From the NCBI RefSeq assembly GCF_006345805.1, contig NW_021824837.1, positions 1-64,000 of the forward strand: a DNA stretch of 64,000 bases, given 5' to 3'. This DNA is from Octopus sinensis. Taxonomy: Eukaryota. Position numbers and translations under genes: made by a program. The notes below the pieces were generated by a model. The model saw only the letters and a list, made by a program, of their open reading frames with translations. It was not told the DNA's origin and made no database searches. Of this stretch, positions 12,785 through 26,150 are shown piece after piece (the stretch's first letter is position 1; every line of letters begins with the position of its first letter).

Positions 12785-12903
12785 TTTAGTCTTTTACTGT
12801 AGTCATTGCTGGAGCACCATATTTAAGTCGAAGAAATCGACCCTTCGGCTTATTCTTTGTAAGACTGGTACTTATTCTATCGGTCTTTCTTTTGCCGCTA
12901 AGT
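12785..12903 (-). mobile_element. SINE family B 3' fragment
   Basis: gctggagcacc..cttattctttgtaag..tacttattctatcggtct. Confidence 0.7.
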
Positions 12904-14282
12904 TAAAAATGTGCATGAAAGAGAAAGAGACTGTGTTTGTATGTGCAAAGTAGTGTGCGTATGTGTGTGTATGAAACAGAGAGAAAGAGAGAGAGAAAGA
13001 GGAAGACACGCACACACACACAGACATTTTGTGTTTGTGGAGTGTCGGCAAAGGAAGACGTGTACGAGAGAAAAAATTTGCATGTTAGCAAGTATGAGAG
13101 AAAAGACAGAGAGTGAAGGAAGGGGCACAAAGCGGTATAAGAGGAGGCGTTTGGGGATGAGGACTTGTATGTGTGCGTGTCAGGTAGAATGAAATGGTAA
13201 TTTAAGTCCTATTTGTATACGGCTATATGTGGGTGCATGTGAGTCTGTGTGTGCATCGTTTATGTTATGCGCAGGTGATCGAATGAATGAGTGTAGGGGG
13301 ATGTGGGTGGTGTACAAAATTAAATTAAATATTACATTTCCTCTGTCACTGCTGTAAGGAATTCTTAAATTCCATTTTATTCCACAACAGACAATAAATA
13401 AAATACTGATTCCACTAATTTCTAGTTCCGAGAAATGGAAGAAACTTACAAAGGTGCATCGTCAGGGTCACTTTGCTCGACATGCTTAGAAATAAAAACA
13501 ATATTACATCACATCATAACCTCTCAAGAAAAGGATACCTTAGACAAATCTAGGTACTTGTAATATTTCGTAGCTAATAGAATGCATTTGATCATCAAAC
13601 ACGTCGATTAAGATTGAGACTGATTAAACAGCAGCCAATATCTAATAGTTCGGCTTGAATTTTGGCCAGCCATCCACCTTTCTTCTCTGTCCATGCTGGG
13701 ACACCAATAATATTTTGAAAGCAGCTAATACCTACATTTAAGATCATTGCATAATAGAAAATAGGAAATTCATCCCTTACGTAAGACCTTCCTCAGTTAA
13801 TACATTTCCATTTGACTCGAGCTGAAAATTCTGGTACCGTGTATTGCTTCTAAGCATAACACGAAATATATGTGTTTATGCTGAACTGAATAAATAATCA
13901 GTGTACGCAAGTGAATCAGTGTTAAATTAATATTGTTATCTATGTATACAACGTTTATACACCGTTGACAAGCAAGTTGTTGAAGTTTTAATCCGAGATA
14001 AAATCACTTTTAACCGTTCTGCATTAAAAACACGATATATATAGGAAGAGAATGAAAAATCGCAAACTGTAAGGAGTTTAAACACAAATAAGCTGAGTGT
14101 CCGTATGGTTTGTCTTATTCTTGCAGAACAAGCATAAGATTGACAATAACTTTTGTTAGAAATGCCCAAAGTGCAATGTACGAATGTCTGCTGAGTGAGG
14201 CTAAAGCGGAAAGCACCTGGCTGCAAAGCAAACCTCTTAACAGCATGATCACAAACTTATCGCGCTGGACAGTATCTCAAAC

Positions 14283-14560
14283 AGTTCTGTCAAGACGGAT
14301 ATTTCACTGAATTCACGTGAGACTGTTAACAAAATCAATGTTTCAAGCATTATTCATAAAATGAGAAAAATTGCAAAATTCTTTGATAGCACTCCATGAA
14401 AAAAACATCTTACAACGTTCTGCTCAACAGAGACATGCAAAGGAATTGCGAGTAACGTTGGACTGTATAACTAGATGGATCAGTCTTTTAGCTATACTAG
14501 AGCGATTTGTGGACAATAAGATTCTATACATAAAAGTTAGTTTATCAGAAAGCATTTGGT
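14283..14560 (+). pseudogene. Degenerate hAT transposase fragment (copy 1)
   Basis: ..NILQRSAQQRHAKELRVTLDCITRWISLLAILERF.. contains the hAT DxxTRWxS motif. Confidence 0.75.
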
Positions 14561-14757
14561 GAAGAAGATATGTAATTTATAAAATAAAATTTAAGAAACC
14601 ATCATATGTAATGGCTCTAGTTCGTTTACAGTGGAGTAAATTAAAAGACTGCATATGATTCGAAATTCCCATGATCACGATTTAGTTTAAATGAATACAC
14701 CACATTAAACACTCACCGGTATTTGAATAACAATGCAAATAAGAATGATGTAAATTC

Positions 14758-15366
14758 TTATTTCTTTATTACCCAGAAAGGGCTAAACATAGAAGGGACA
14801 AACAAGGACAGGCAAAGGGATTAAGGCGATTACATCGATCCCAGTGCGTAAGTGGTACTTAATTTATCGACCCCGAAAGGATGAAAGACAAAGTCGACCT
14901 CGGCGGAATTTGAACTCAGAACGTAGCAGCAGAAAAAAATACCTATTTCTTTACTACCCACAAGGGGCTAAACATAGAAGGGACAAACAAGGACAGACGA
15001 AGGGATTAAGTCGATTACATCGATCCCAGTGTGTAACTGGTACTTAATTTATCGACCCCGAAAGGATGAAAGGCAAAGTCGACCTCGGCGGAATTTGAAC
15101 TCACAACGTAACAGCATACGAAATACCTATTTCCATTTCTTTACTACCCACAAGGGGCTAAACACAGGGGTAACAAACAAGGACAGACAAACGGATTAAG
15201 TCGATTATATCGACTCCAGTGCGTAACTGGTACTTATTTAATCGACCCCGAAAGTATGAAAGGCTAAGTCGACCTCGGCAGAATTTGAACTCAATACGCA
15301 ACGGCAGACGAAATACGGCTACGCATTTCACCCAGCGTGCTAACGGTTCTGCAAGCTCGCCGCCTT
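14758..15366 (-). mobile_element. Head-to-tail trimer of SINE family A
   Basis: Three successive tatttctttac..gtcgacctcggcggaatttgaactc units. Only the last has the full 5' head. Confidence 0.9.
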
Positions 15367-15424
15367 AACGTTTTCTAGGTTTCTGTTACAGTAGTTAGAA
15401 TAATTTGATATTTACTTAGAAGTC

Positions 15425-15890
15425 ATTTGACGGAATGTGCTGTCGATGGTGCGGTTATCATAGTGAATCTGAGAAGGCTCATTGAATGCGATCGGCAATT
15501 GTGTTAGGCGCGTGCAATATATTTAACTTCATGTAACGTGTTTTACTTGAGGTCAGCGACGTCAACCGCTGCCGCTTTTCTGAAATAATACAAGTTGATG
15601 ATAAGTGTTTATATGGAAATAATTATGAAGAACCGAATGTTTTGATAATAACGATTCTGTCAAGACGGATATTTCATTGAATTCACGTGAGACTGGTAAC
15701 GAAATCAATGTTTCAAGTATCATTCATAAAATGAGAAGAATTGTAAAATTCTCCCATAGTTCGCCATTAAAAAATATCTTACAACGTTCTGCTCAACAGA
15801 GACATGCAAAGGGATTGCGACTAACGTTGGACTACATAAATAGATCGACCAATCTTTTACCTTATACTAGAGCGATTTGTGGACAATGAG
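15425..15890 (+). pseudogene. Degenerate hAT transposase fragment (copy 2)
   Basis: ..CAVDGAVIIVNLRRLIECDRQLC*ARAIYL.. (DGA and CxAH-like motifs), then IHKMRRIVKFSHSSPLKNILQ... 15654-15890 duplicates 14283-14520. Confidence 0.72.
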
Positions 15891-15981
15891 AACATTCATA
15901 CTGAATGTTGTCATTAATGTCAATCAAACTATGGATAATTGTGATCTCGAAAAGCAACTAATTTTTCTTTACTATATTTCG

Positions 15982-16362
15982 GGCGTGGCTTATTCGTGAC
16001 AAGCTTGTTTCCCAACTACTTGGTTCTGGGTTCAGTCCTATTGTGTGACATCTTGGGAAACAGAAAGGAGTCCGTCTTACATATATGTGTATGTGTGTGT
16101 GTGTGTGTGGTGTGTGTGTGTGTAAAGAATATGAGGGGGGCTAAGTTCATTTGTGATCCAAACGAATAGGTATGCTGAGTAAGTGCTATAGCTTGTCGAC
16201 CGTTAGATTCCAAGATCACAGCTAAGGCTGGATTTTATTTAATTAGGGTAATGTGAATTTGAAGTCTTACAGCTGTAGTTAGCATGTCCACACACTGGGT
16301 ACTCCGTCATCAGAGACAAAGTATGAATATTTTAGGTAGGGAAAATTTACCGTTTACAAGGA

Positions 16363-16394
<32 letters not shown>

Positions 16395-16652
16395 GTGTGT
16401 GTGTTTGTGTGTGGGGTTATGTTGGGGGTGCGTGAGTGTGTGTGTGATACATGTGTGTCTTTGTCTTGTGTTTGGCTTTGTTCCTCACGACCGCTTGACA
16501 ACTGGTATTGGTTTGTCTACGTCCCCGTAACTTAGCAGTTCGGCTTAAGAGTCCCATAGAATAAATGCCAAGCTTAAAGATTAAGTACTGGGGTCGATTG
16601 GTTCCCTACTATGACTAGAATCCAATGACGGAAACATGTAAAGGATAAAAGA
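15982..16652 (+). mobile_element. Interrupted, diverged SINE family B
   Basis: 5' head at 15982-16080 and 3' half at 16450-16652, separated by unrelated sequence and microsatellite. Confidence 0.6.
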
Positions 16653-16665
16653 TACCTCTATAAGG

Positions 16666-17185
16666 CATATCACAATTCTGTTGTGATACAATACAATTGA
16701 AATATGAGATGGCATACCACACACTCGATTACACAGTCCACTTTTGAAATTACATATACATACATATCACAACGGATATATGTGATATAACGCATTTCTG
16801 TTGTGATATTTATATCACAATGGAAGTGTATGATATACATTTTACATTTCATTTGTGATGTATATCACACCAAAAAGACGTGATACATCATACATTTCTA
16901 ATGTGATATACAAATATCACGAGTAAAATGTATGATACATAATACAGTTTTTGTGAGATTATACACCACACATTTTACGATATATCTTATATCGAAATAT
17001 GATATAGATACTACACTTCTATTGTGATAAATATGACAAAAGATGTGTACGATATATCACTTGTTTTCATTTTGATATATATACCATATTTTAGAACAAG
17101 ATTATATATCATACATTCTGTTGATATTAAATATTACCACAGCAGGAATGTAATGTGTGATATATCACACAATTTGATTTTGTGA
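16666..17185. repeat. Degenerate array of TGTGATATATCACA-like palindromes
   Basis: Repeated ATATCACA/TGTGATAT half-sites about every 20 bp, with short variable spacers. Confidence 0.7.
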
Positions 17186-17539
17186 ACGTAACAAAACATA
17201 TGAAAACCTCAGTGAAGTCAATCGATAAATTATCAACTAATGTTTTCGATAGATCAAGGTTTGTTGTCATTGAGCTGTGAGATTTAAGCGATCCAATTCA
17301 ATTAACAGCGCGTAAACAGGCAATGCAAAGAGAAGTGTGTGATTCACTGCTGTACACAGCGCAAGTGTTGCATAAGTGGCGAGTGTTTTGTTAACTTATT
17401 AATATTGTTTGTTAATATCTCTTGTGGAAAAGAACTGTGAAATGTAGAATTACGCAGTATACCAGCAATAGATAGATAGCTAGAAAGAGAGAGAGTGAGA
17501 GAAAGAGAGAGAGTGAGAGAAAGAGAGAGGGTGTGTATA

Positions 17540-17591
<52 letters not shown>

Positions 17592-17706
17592 AATGAATGA
17601 ATAGAAGTGATGTTAAAGACATATAGAAGTGGGTGGAATCAGCGACGTCGATGATGAAGATGACGGCCATTACGAACACGACGACGATCACAACGATCGC
17701 GGCCAC

Positions 17707-19142
17707 GAAGAAGAAGAAGAAGAGAAGAAGAAGAAGAAGAGAAAGAAGAAGAAGAAGAAGAAGAAGAAGAGAAGAAGAAGAGAAGAAAGAAGGAAGAAAA
17801 AGAAGAAGAAAGAAGAATAAGAAGAGAAGAAGAAGAAGAAGAGGAATAAGAAGAAGAAGAAGAAGAGAAGAAGAAGAAAATAAGAAGAAGAAGAAGAAGG
17901 AAAGAAGAGAAGAAGAAGAATAAGAGGAGAAGAAGAAGAAGAATAAGGAGAAGAAAGGAAGAGAAAAGAAGAGGAAGAAGAATAAGAAAAGAAGGAGAAG
18001 AAAAGGAGAAAAGAAGAAGAAGGAGAAGAAGAAGAAGAAGAAGGAGAGAAGAAGGAGAAGAGAAAAGAAGAAGAGAAGAAGAAAAGAAGAAGAGGAATAA
18101 GAAGAAAAGAAGAAGGAGGAGAAGAAGAAGAAGAAGAAGGAGGAAAGAAGAAGAAGAAGAAGAAAGAAGAAGAAGAAGGAGGAAGAAGAAGAAGAAAAGA
18201 AGAGAATAAGGAGAAGAAGAAGATGAAGAAGAATAAGAAGACGAAGAAGAGGAATAGAGAAGAAGAAGAAGAAAGAAGAAGAAGAATAAGAAGAATAAAG
18301 AAGAGGAAGAGAAAGAAGAGAAGAGGAAGAAGAAAAGAAGAAGAATAAGAATAAGAAGAAGAAGAAGGAGAAGAAGAAGAAAGAAGAAGAAGAAGAAGAA
18401 GAAGAGAAGAAGAGGAAGAAGAAGAAAAGAAAAGAAGAAGAAGAGAAGAAAAGAAGGAGAAGAAGAAGGTAGAAGAATAAGAAGAAAAGAGGAAGCAGAA
18501 GAAGAAGGAGAAGAAGAAGAGAAGAAGAAGAAGAAAAGAAGGAGAAGAAGAAGAAAAAGAAGATGAAGAAGAAGAAGAAGAAGAATAGGAGAGACGAATA
18601 AGAAGAAGAAGATGAGGAAGAAGAAGAAGAAGAAGAGAAGAAGAAGAAGAAGAAGAAGCAGATGAAGAAGAAGAAGGAGAAGAAGAAGAAGAATAAGAAG
18701 AGAAGAAGAAGAAAAAAATAAAACGAAGAAGAGAAGAAGAAAAGAGAGAAGAAAAGAATAAGAAGAAGAAGAAGAGAAGAATAACAGAATAAGAAGAAGA
18801 GGAGAAGAAAAGAATAAGAAGAATAAGAGGAAGAAAAGAAGAAGAAGAATAATGAAAGAAGAAGAAGAAATAAGAGAAGATCGAATAAGAAGAAGAAAGG
18901 ATAAAGAAAGAGAAAAAGAGATAAGAAGCGAAGAGAAAAGAGAGAAGAGGAAGAATAAGAAGAAGAAAGAAGAGGAAGAAGCAGCAAGACGAAGAAGAAA
19001 GATGACTAGGAGAAGAGGAAGAAGAAGAAGAAGAAGGAAAGAAGAAAGAAAAAAAAAGGAAGAAGAAGAAGAAGACAGGAGAAGAAGAAGAAAAGAAGAA
19101 GAAGAAGAAGAAGAAGAAGAAGAAGAAGAAGAAGAAGAAGAA
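17707..19142 (+). repeat. About 1.4-kb imperfect (GAA)n polypurine tract
   Basis: Almost purely A/G on the + strand. Source of the spurious 547-aa ORF. Confidence 0.97.
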
Positions 19143-19280
19143 ATTAAACAGCTTAACTGAAAACCAGTTGATTAATAAGGAAAATTGTCTCAGGACTTTG
19201 CTAGAACTTTCAGTCTCTAGTCTTCCACTGAATGGTCACTGCTGGAACGGTTTCACACATAGGCTTGCTAGGTTAAGAAT

Positions 19281-19463
19281 CTTTTCTACGCTAGGCACTA
19301 GACCCGAAATTTTGGGGGAGGGGCCCAGTCGATTAGATCGACGCCCCGAAAAATGAAAGGCAAAGTCGACCTTGGCGGAATTTAAACTCAGAACGTAAAG
19401 ATAGACGAACTACCGCTAAGCATTTCGCTCGGCCGACAAACGTTTCTGCCAGCTCGCCGCCTT
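19281..19463 (-). mobile_element. SINE family A
   Basis: Reverse complement of the family A head and body. Imperfect TSD gcttgcYaggttRagaat. Confidence 0.85.
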
Positions 19464-19571
19464 GCTTGCCAGGTTGAGAATAACATAAGGTTATTTATCA
19501 ACTTTCACAATAATGGTATCACATGAATATATACCACAATACTCGTTCTTATAAAAGTTACATGAATATAT

Positions 19572-19850
19572 AGGCGCAGAGTGACTGTGTGGTAAGTAGC
19601 TTACTTACCAGCCTCATGATTCCGGGTTCAGTCCCACTGCGTGGTACCTTGTACAAGTGTCTTCTACTATAGCCTCGGGCTATAAAGTACCAATTTGGCA
19701 CTGGGGTCGATGTAATCGACTTAATCCCTTTGTCCTTGTTTGCCCCCTCTATGTTTAGCCCCTTGTGGGCAGTAAAGAAATATACTATAGCCTCGGGCCG
19801 AATAAAGCCTTGTGAGTGGATTTGGTTGACGGAAACTGAAAGACTTTGTT
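19572..19850 (+). mobile_element. SINE family B 5' part with a nested family A 3' tail
   Basis: Family A tail at about 19683-19781, bracketed by a duplicated tactatagcctcgggc (TSD). Confidence 0.85.
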
Positions 19851-20112
19851 TACGAATTCAGTGAACAAAACACTTTTCTGATAAGTGTGTACATCAGCTA
19901 ACTGATACACGTCAGATAAGCGGGTACCCGCTCTGAGGCAAATTCTTTCATTGTTTCCACCAAAATTCAGAGAGGAATGAAACGATCTGTCATTCATCAC
20001 CATCTCTGAGATCCTATGAGTTAACGATGTCGCCCTTCGTCACAATTTATTTCAGCTTTGAAAAACTGTCTATACTTACTAATAGCTAACAACTTAGCTT
20101 ACGAATTTATCG

Positions 20113-20275
20113 GCATACTGTAGCTGTGTGGTAAGCAGCATGCTTCCCAATCACATGGTTCCGGTTTCAGCTCACTGTGTGGCAGCTTGGGCAAATGTCT
20201 TCTGTTATAGTCTCACGTTACCCAAATCATTGTGCGTGGATTTGGTAGCTGGAAACTGAAAGAAGCCCGGCGTAT
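20113..20275 (+). mobile_element. SINE family B 5' part (diverged)
   Basis: gctgtgtggtaag..ttgggcaaatgtcttctg..ggaaactgaaagaagccc. Confidence 0.75.
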
Positions 20276-20494
20276 TTTATATATGTGTTTGTGGTGTTGG
20301 GATGTATACAGATCTTATTGTTTGCTTGGACTTGTGACAATGAAGTTTCAAATAATTTACATCGATTTCACCTATCAATTCATATGAGAAGAACCGGTTT
20401 CAATAATAATCTAGCTGAAACTATTTCTCATCATTCATACCAGTAATACCTTCAGGAATGCATGGCAGTAAGAAGAATTCAAAATTAATGTTAT

Positions 20495-20649
20495 AGGCAC
20501 AGGAGTGGCTGTGTGTTAAGTAGCTTGCTTACCAACCACATGGTTCTGGGTTTAGTCCCACTGCGTGGCACCTTGGGCAAGTGTCTTCTACTATAGCCTC
20601 GGGCCGACCAAAGCCTTACGGAAACTGAAAGAAGCCCGTCGTATATATG

Positions 20650-20680
<31 letters not shown>

Positions 20681-20900
20681 ATGTTTGGGTATCTGCGTTT
20701 GTCCCCCACAACATCGCTTGACAAACGATGCTGGTGTGTTTACGTCCCCGTAACTTAGTTGTTCGGCAAAAGAGACCGATAGAATAAGTCCTAGGCTTAC
20801 AAAGAATACGTCCTGGGGTCGATTTGCTCGACTAAAGGCGGTGCTCCAGCATGGCCACAGTCAAATGACTGAAACAAGTAAAAGAGTAAAAGAGTAAAAG
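20495..20900 (+). mobile_element. tRNA-derived CORE-like SINE family B, near full length
   Basis: tRNA-like head, ccttgggcaagtgtctt CORE-like block, internal (TA)/(TG) tract, tail ggcggtgctccagcatggcc..gactgaaacaag(taaaagag)n. Confidence 0.9.
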
Positions 20901-21475
20901 AGAAGCATCAAAACGTAAGTATTTCGTGATGAATCTAATGAAAGGGAAACATCTATATAGTCGTTATACCTAGAAATAACAGCCAAACATCGCTCGTGCA
21001 TATACTCAATCTTTCACACTCATACTAACATACATGAACACACGCACAACGCGACTGCTTTATGTGTATATAAAAGTAATTCCCATCAACATTGATGAAT
21101 TTACTCAAATACGTACGTATGCACATTATCACATTAGAAAGCTTGTGACTATCTAAATACACATAACAACTCGTATTCCAACAGAAATACAATTAAAAAT
21201 CTATCCACGCTTCACACAAATATCTATCCACACAGACACACACACAGACAAACACACACTTAAACAAATACAGTAATACACACGCGTACATCCATTTTTA
21301 CAAATATTCCTAATAGTGATATTCATATTTATACACACACATATGTATCTATATGTTAGTGTGTGTTTATGTGCGTGTGAGTGTATATATGTATTTTGTA
21401 TGCATGTGTGTATACACATGTATGTGTATCTATGTATGTATCTTTGTATGTGCGCATATATATCTATATCTTTTC

Positions 21476-21537
<62 letters not shown>

Positions 21538-21544
21538 TATCTAA

Positions 21545-21632
<88 letters not shown>

Positions 21633-21838
21633 ATGTATATATATATATATCGACATACATATATATATTTATAAATACATACATACATACACACATTCAT
21701 ACATACATATACATATATTATATATATATATATATATATATAGTATATATAATATATATATGTGTGTGTGTGATGTGGTGTGTGTGGATGTGTGTGTATA
21801 AAGCGCAGAAACAGAAGGAGGTAGATAGATAGATAGAC

Positions 21839-21919
<81 letters not shown>

Positions 21920-23351
21920 GAGATAGATAGATAGATAGATAGATAGATCGATAGATAGATAGATAATTCAAGTTTAAATCATAATTCGACAAATCACTTA
22001 ACTTTGGAAAAAGATATTATATAGTTAAATAACGTAAAATTAGTTACGCTTGGAATATGTTATCAAATTTTCATTATTTAAGTCTCTTGACAGGAAATGC
22101 AACGGACATAAGAATTTTTCGGGAAATTATCCCATTTCTGTTGCCATTTTGACTTCGACAGTAAGAACAAGAACATCAACAAATAGGGTAAATGAATCAT
22201 ACGTCATAATCATTTCAGAAAATTTTATAATCGCCTTCGATATGTGATGGAAACATTTTTAATATTACAGATTACCTATCTCTTTATTTCTATCTATGAA
22301 TATGTGAATCCATGTATTTATATGTGTTTGTGTGTGTGTGTATGAGTGGGTGTATTATGCATGTATGTATGGATTGATAGAATGAAAGATACGAGTGTAT
22401 GCTTGTATGCGTGTGCTTAAACGGATGTATGGATCGATGTTTGTTTGTAAGCATGGGTGTATAGTCACATAGACCTGCATATATATATATATTTATATAT
22501 ATATATGCGTATTTTAATATAAATTTATGTTGTTTGCATAAAGGGCTGTATGTATATGTGTAAGCATGTGTGTATTTATGTATGCGTGCGTGCATGTTAT
22601 ATGTGCACATAAAATAAATACACACAAGAAAAAGTAAATATCTATAATGTATACGTATACGTACACACGTACATACACACACGCATATGTATGCATGCAC
22701 ACACTTATATGTGAGTGTTCTTCGACAACATTCGCGTCTGTATGAATGTATATTTATACAATTTATACAATTTATACAATTCTTCAAGTCTCCATATAAA
22801 CGTACATCCGCCTGTATGTGCATGCGTACTTACACATTCACATATAAACTCAACAACAAACTCACAGCCACAAATACTCTCTTTTTAACACACACACACA
22901 CACACATGTACAAATTGCGCATGTTCGAAATTCCTCCACTCCATCTACCATATTCTCATACCATTTTAATTTACCCCAAAAACTATTGAGTATTTCCAAC
23001 CCATTATCAACCCTAAGACTTGAACACCGTTTTTAGTTTCTAGACCAAGATAACAAAAAATACTTCACCAACAAAGGAAATTGTAATCCTAATCCGTTTT
23101 TCTCCTAATTTTATTTTTGTCTCTATAATAATCACCCCTACAAAGTCCAACTAATTCTTTACACTTTCACACATGCACGCAAAAGCATATTTAGTCGACA
23201 TACAGATAACCCCGTCCTATCTCTGTCTATAAGCCATCTCAGAGGAAACTTTACGATATGAACACTAGTTTGAAATTCTATGGCTTCTAATGCTAGCAAC
23301 CAACCATTAACTGACGTCACAGCTAAAAACGATTGTATTTCAAATTGTGAA

Positions 23352-23590
23352 GGAGCGTGGTTTAGTGGTTAGAGTATTCGACACACTATCGTAAGGTTTT
23401 GAGTTCCATTCCTGGCGTTGCGCTGCCTCGTTGAGCAAGACACTTTATTTGATGTTGTATTATTTCCATTCAGCTGACAAACACCAGCTTTGTCACATAA
23501 TATGTCACGCTGAATCACCGTGAGAACTATGCAGAGTGCTCAACCACTTGCACGTTAATTTCACGAGCAGGCTGTTCCATTGACCAGGTT
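23352..23590 (+). mobile_element. Diverged SINE (family D-like head, family C-like tail)
   Basis: gcgtggtttagtggttaga head, tail tgtcacgctgaat..cacgttaatttcacgagcaggctgttcc. Confidence 0.65.
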
Positions 23591-24667
23591 TGCAAGGTTT
23601 TTTTTAATAATTCAAATTAAAACCACCATGTGTATCTCATACAATAAGTATATACATCGTCGAAAGGCATTTCAGCAGTGCATTTACATTTTGTTTGATG
23701 AAGTTGTTGCAGTTGTGCTCACCGACATCTTATTAAGCTTAAATTCAATTTTTCCAAATTCACTCACACGCACACACACACATATATACACGCATATACA
23801 TATACATATACATATACATAAATACATATATATACATATAAATATACATACATACATATATATATATTTATATTTATTTATATTGTTATATTTCGGAATG
23901 GTCATATTGCCAGTTTAGCCAATATCTGTTTCAACACACGACTTCACATAAAAAATCTTGCACAACAAATATTTAAACGTATTTATTTATAAATATTTAT
24001 TTATTTATTTATTTATTTATATTTATATGTATGTATACATACAGAATTTGGGGTGGGTGAAACTGGATTTCGAAACACATGCAAGCTTCAAATATTATTT
24101 TCAAAATGCGTTTTAGCAGCTATTTCTCTTGTCTTGAAGACCCTAATACGATTTAAAATGTCTGTAAGAATGGTTTAATGCATGCGAATACAGGAGTTTA
24201 TATCTTTTGTGGTGAAAGTAGGAGAATGATACTTCTAGGTATCATTCTCCAAATTTCACCACGAATTTTTGTAAGCTCGGTCGAGCTAGTAAATAGATTT
24301 GTAGCTACAGGTAATTTTAAACCAGTCTGAAGGCGCATTACGTCTGCGATCAATGTAGCTACCCTGAAATGTATGCAGAACATATGTCAGCATTAAATTC
24401 AGCATATATTATTGCCTTGCGTACCTCGATCGACAATGATCTCTTGAGGGCTACGCCCAATGCAATTTAATTCAACAACACTACTTGCTGATAGTGTTTA
24501 CATAAATCTCGTTAATTCTGTTACAATTTTGGAGATGTACTTGCATAGCGAGTGACTTGATCTGGGATCGTGTGCTGGAACGAAAACAATTGCAGCGTGG
24601 AAGGTGTTTATAAGCCATTTAAGAAACACATAAAAACTGTTAAATTCACTTCAACATTTAAATTTAA

Positions 24668-24718
24668 TTTGTCAAAATATTTTCGTCGCTTTGAGACCGC
24701 AACCTGTTCACTGACAAA
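24668..24718 (-). ncRNA. Minimal hammerhead variant with G3:C8 core (GTGAACA)
   Basis: TTTGTCA-GTGAACA-G-GTTGC..GCGAC-GAAAATATTT-TGACAAA. Confidence 0.65.
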
Positions 24719-24755
24719 ACTTCGTGCTGCATAAAAAACAGATGCAGTACGAAGT

Positions 24756-24806
24756 TTTGTCAGTGAACAGGTCGCGGTCTCAAAGCGACGAAAATATTTT
24801 GACAAA
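24756..24806 (+). ncRNA. Minimal hammerhead variant with G3:C8 core (GTGAACA)
   Basis: Stem I TTTGTCA/TGACAAA, core GTGAACA 24763-69, stem II GTCGC/GCGAC, GAA, palindromic AATATT stem III. Confidence 0.7.
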
Positions 24807-24935
24807 TTAAATTTAAATGTTGAAGTGAATCGAACGGTTTTTGTAACAATTTGTTATTAAAAAAAAAAAATTTACATGCATTACATGGAATATTATTGCA
24901 CCTTTGCGCGACGCCTATTCAGCTATAGCACGCAA

Positions 24936-24966
<31 letters not shown>

Positions 24967-25009
24967 GATAGATAGAGAGACAGACAAACATGTAGGTAGG
25001 AAGATCGAC

Positions 25010-25092
<83 letters not shown>

Positions 25093-25519
25093 AAATTTGG
25101 GCTACAGGATACTATATTTCCAAATGATCAGCCGTATATTCTATCAACTAAGTCAGTCGAAGCTTATAGAATTAAGAGCTCTTTTCCTGCGCTGTATCGA
25201 AACACATACAGTCTCAGCATCGATTGTGAAATATATGAATGAAAATCGCTTAAAATATAGCCGGTAGGCTTTTTAAGTTGACGTCTTGATATTCATCCAT
25301 TTCTAATACTCTAACTTACTACTAAGATTAAATATGATTTCGTTGTAACAAATCGCACGAAGAGGCAATTCTTTTATGATTTATTCTCCAGCAACTAACA
25401 CAAAGGATTTTTATTTTCGTTTTTCACAAGAATGAAGATGAACATTGCAGATTATTTTAAAGTTATTCTGCAATGCAACTCCAACGTAAACCGTGGACTG
25501 TAATAATATTTCATTTCTT

Positions 25520-26150
25520 GTGAAAAACCACGCGAACAGATTCGGTAGTTATTTACAATAGAATTTCATTCACCATGTCTCTTCCGGACAAACAATAATA
25601 TCGAATGAATATCTTCCTTTCGCTTCTACTATTTTCTTTTCAGTCTGAATAACTTCAAAAGAGCAAAACCAAGAACATGGGTCATCATGATGTGACCTTT
25701 TGTGATATTTGTGTCATTGACTGGAAAAGGCAGTCATCAATGGAAAAATCTATCAAAGACTAACCCTGTTGAAAACCCACTCACCCAGCACGTGATCTCT
25801 GGGAAATTTATGGGAATATTTTCTGATCCTTTTATTTTTCTATGGCAACGCAGAATGTTGATCAGAATCATCATCTTGGTTTAAGGATGTTCAGTTCAGT
25901 GAAATATTCACATTATTTTATTAGTCTAAAGGATATGAAGGCATCATTCAAAGAATATACTTTACATCTTACAAACTCCATCTACATTTCGAATGCTCTC
26001 TGTAAAACTGCAAATGCCTATAAATTATTAGACATGGCGGATTTATTCGACTTAAAATACTTGTAAGAGAAAAGAAGCAAATCTGATGCACTATTTCCAG
26101 TAGTTACCCAAATCAGATGCGATTGGTGGAGTTACGACGTTTGTCTAAGA
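25520..26150 (+). pseudogene. Possible heavily degraded DNA-transposase remnant (Sola-like)
   Basis: Faint motifs resembling DxCSGQN (tcttccggacaaac) and GH..CD..F, with many stops and frameshifts. Confidence 0.25.

Larger units (their letters stand above)
24545..24843. mobile_element. Penelope pLTR-like element in inverted arrangement with two variant hammerheads
   Basis: Inverted arms of about 100 bp (24632-24732/24742-24843). Same family at 63068-63213. Confidence 0.75.

Noticed and set aside
16666-17185. CRISPR-like repeat/spacer appearance
   Set aside because: Repeats are degenerate and short, spacers are about 10 nt and related to each other, there are no cas genes, and the context is eukaryotic.
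17344-18987. 547-aa minus-strand ORF
   Set aside because: Translation of the (TTC)n tract (poly-F/L/S), with no domain.
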